A stretch of DNA of 64,000 bases from Dehalococcoidia bacterium (GTDB lineage Bacteria > Chloroflexota > Dehalococcoidia > GIF9 > DYGU01): NCBI GenBank assembly GCA_042408205.1, contig JBHOQK010000025.1, positions 1,597 through 65,596 of the forward strand, written 5' to 3'. Position 1 is the first letter of the stretch; the number at the start of each line of letters is the position of its first letter. Positions 63,922-64,000 of the stretch are shown here, piece after piece. The notes beneath the pieces were generated by a model. That model did not search any database and was not told the origin of the DNA. It saw only the letters and a program-made list of their open reading frames with translations. Position numbers and translations under genes: made by a program.

Positions 63922-64000
63922 AATCTTTCCTCCTTAGGGTTTCTCTGGTTTAATTTTCTCTTTAAGGATTGACTTAGCTTGTTCTATATCCCTTTTTATT

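Noticed and set aside
1-64000. Looked for CRISPR arrays, tRNA genes (TTCGAATC/TTCAAATC T-loop patterns), rRNA and tmRNA/RNase P-like conserved boxes.
   Set aside because: I saw no regularly spaced direct repeats and no convincing tRNA or rRNA signatures by eye. A tRNAscan/Infernal run would be needed to exclude small RNAs.

Overview
Densely coding 64-kb bacterial chromosomal window. I saw no rRNA, tRNA or CRISPR array. All protein calls come from reading the supplied translations against remembered family motifs. No search was run, so every family name is a hypothesis until HMM or structure searches confirm it. Housekeeping backbone: dnaN, moaC/moaA, rdgB, an archaeal-type FBP aldolase/phosphatase, the methylmalonyl-CoA mutase catalytic subunit plus cobO, a carboxyltransferase with a biotin carrier, two acyl-CoA dehydrogenases, hisA-hisF-hisI, an ABC-2 exporter, rpmE-rpmA-rplU, coaE, rarA, rho, tal, pyrG, meaB, plsY, rpsU, purQ/purL and serA. 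Accessory content stands out in six ways. (1) Phage-type structural genes sit in two modules 16 kb apart: small ORFs plus a large terminase at 24.4-26.2 kb, and an HTH/portal/scaffold/capsid/hub set at 42.5-50.3 kb. rho, tal and pyrG lie between them. Both modules open with the same near-identical 18-nt inverted-repeat promoter element and look leaderless. No integrase, replication, lysis or att/tRNA features are visible, so this is a candidate domesticated, GTA-like particle system. (2) Two tubulin/FtsZ-superfamily paralogs bracket the rarA-terminase segment. One has intact GTP-binding loops and the other has degenerate ones. The degenerate copy is translationally coupled to a complete AmmeMemoRadiSam operon. 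(3) Several paralogous giant cell-surface proteins (Asp-box propellers, IPT/TIG repeat proteins) share a YYWRV Fn3-like module and a PxW-TM-basic anchor. (4) A five-gene cluster of secreted beta-sandwich proteins has a C9 tract exactly at an ORF junction. (5) Three nucleotidyltransferase/HEPN cassettes are present, and one is flanked by a decayed duplicate of the serA 3' end. (6) Other points: an apparent ATT start for rplU, TTGACA-type promoters placed 6-9 nt from start codons, and a duplicated promoter cassette. Taxonomy cannot be determined from the window alone. The gene content suggests a deep-branching anaerobe such as Chloroflexota or a candidate phylum, but that is a guess.
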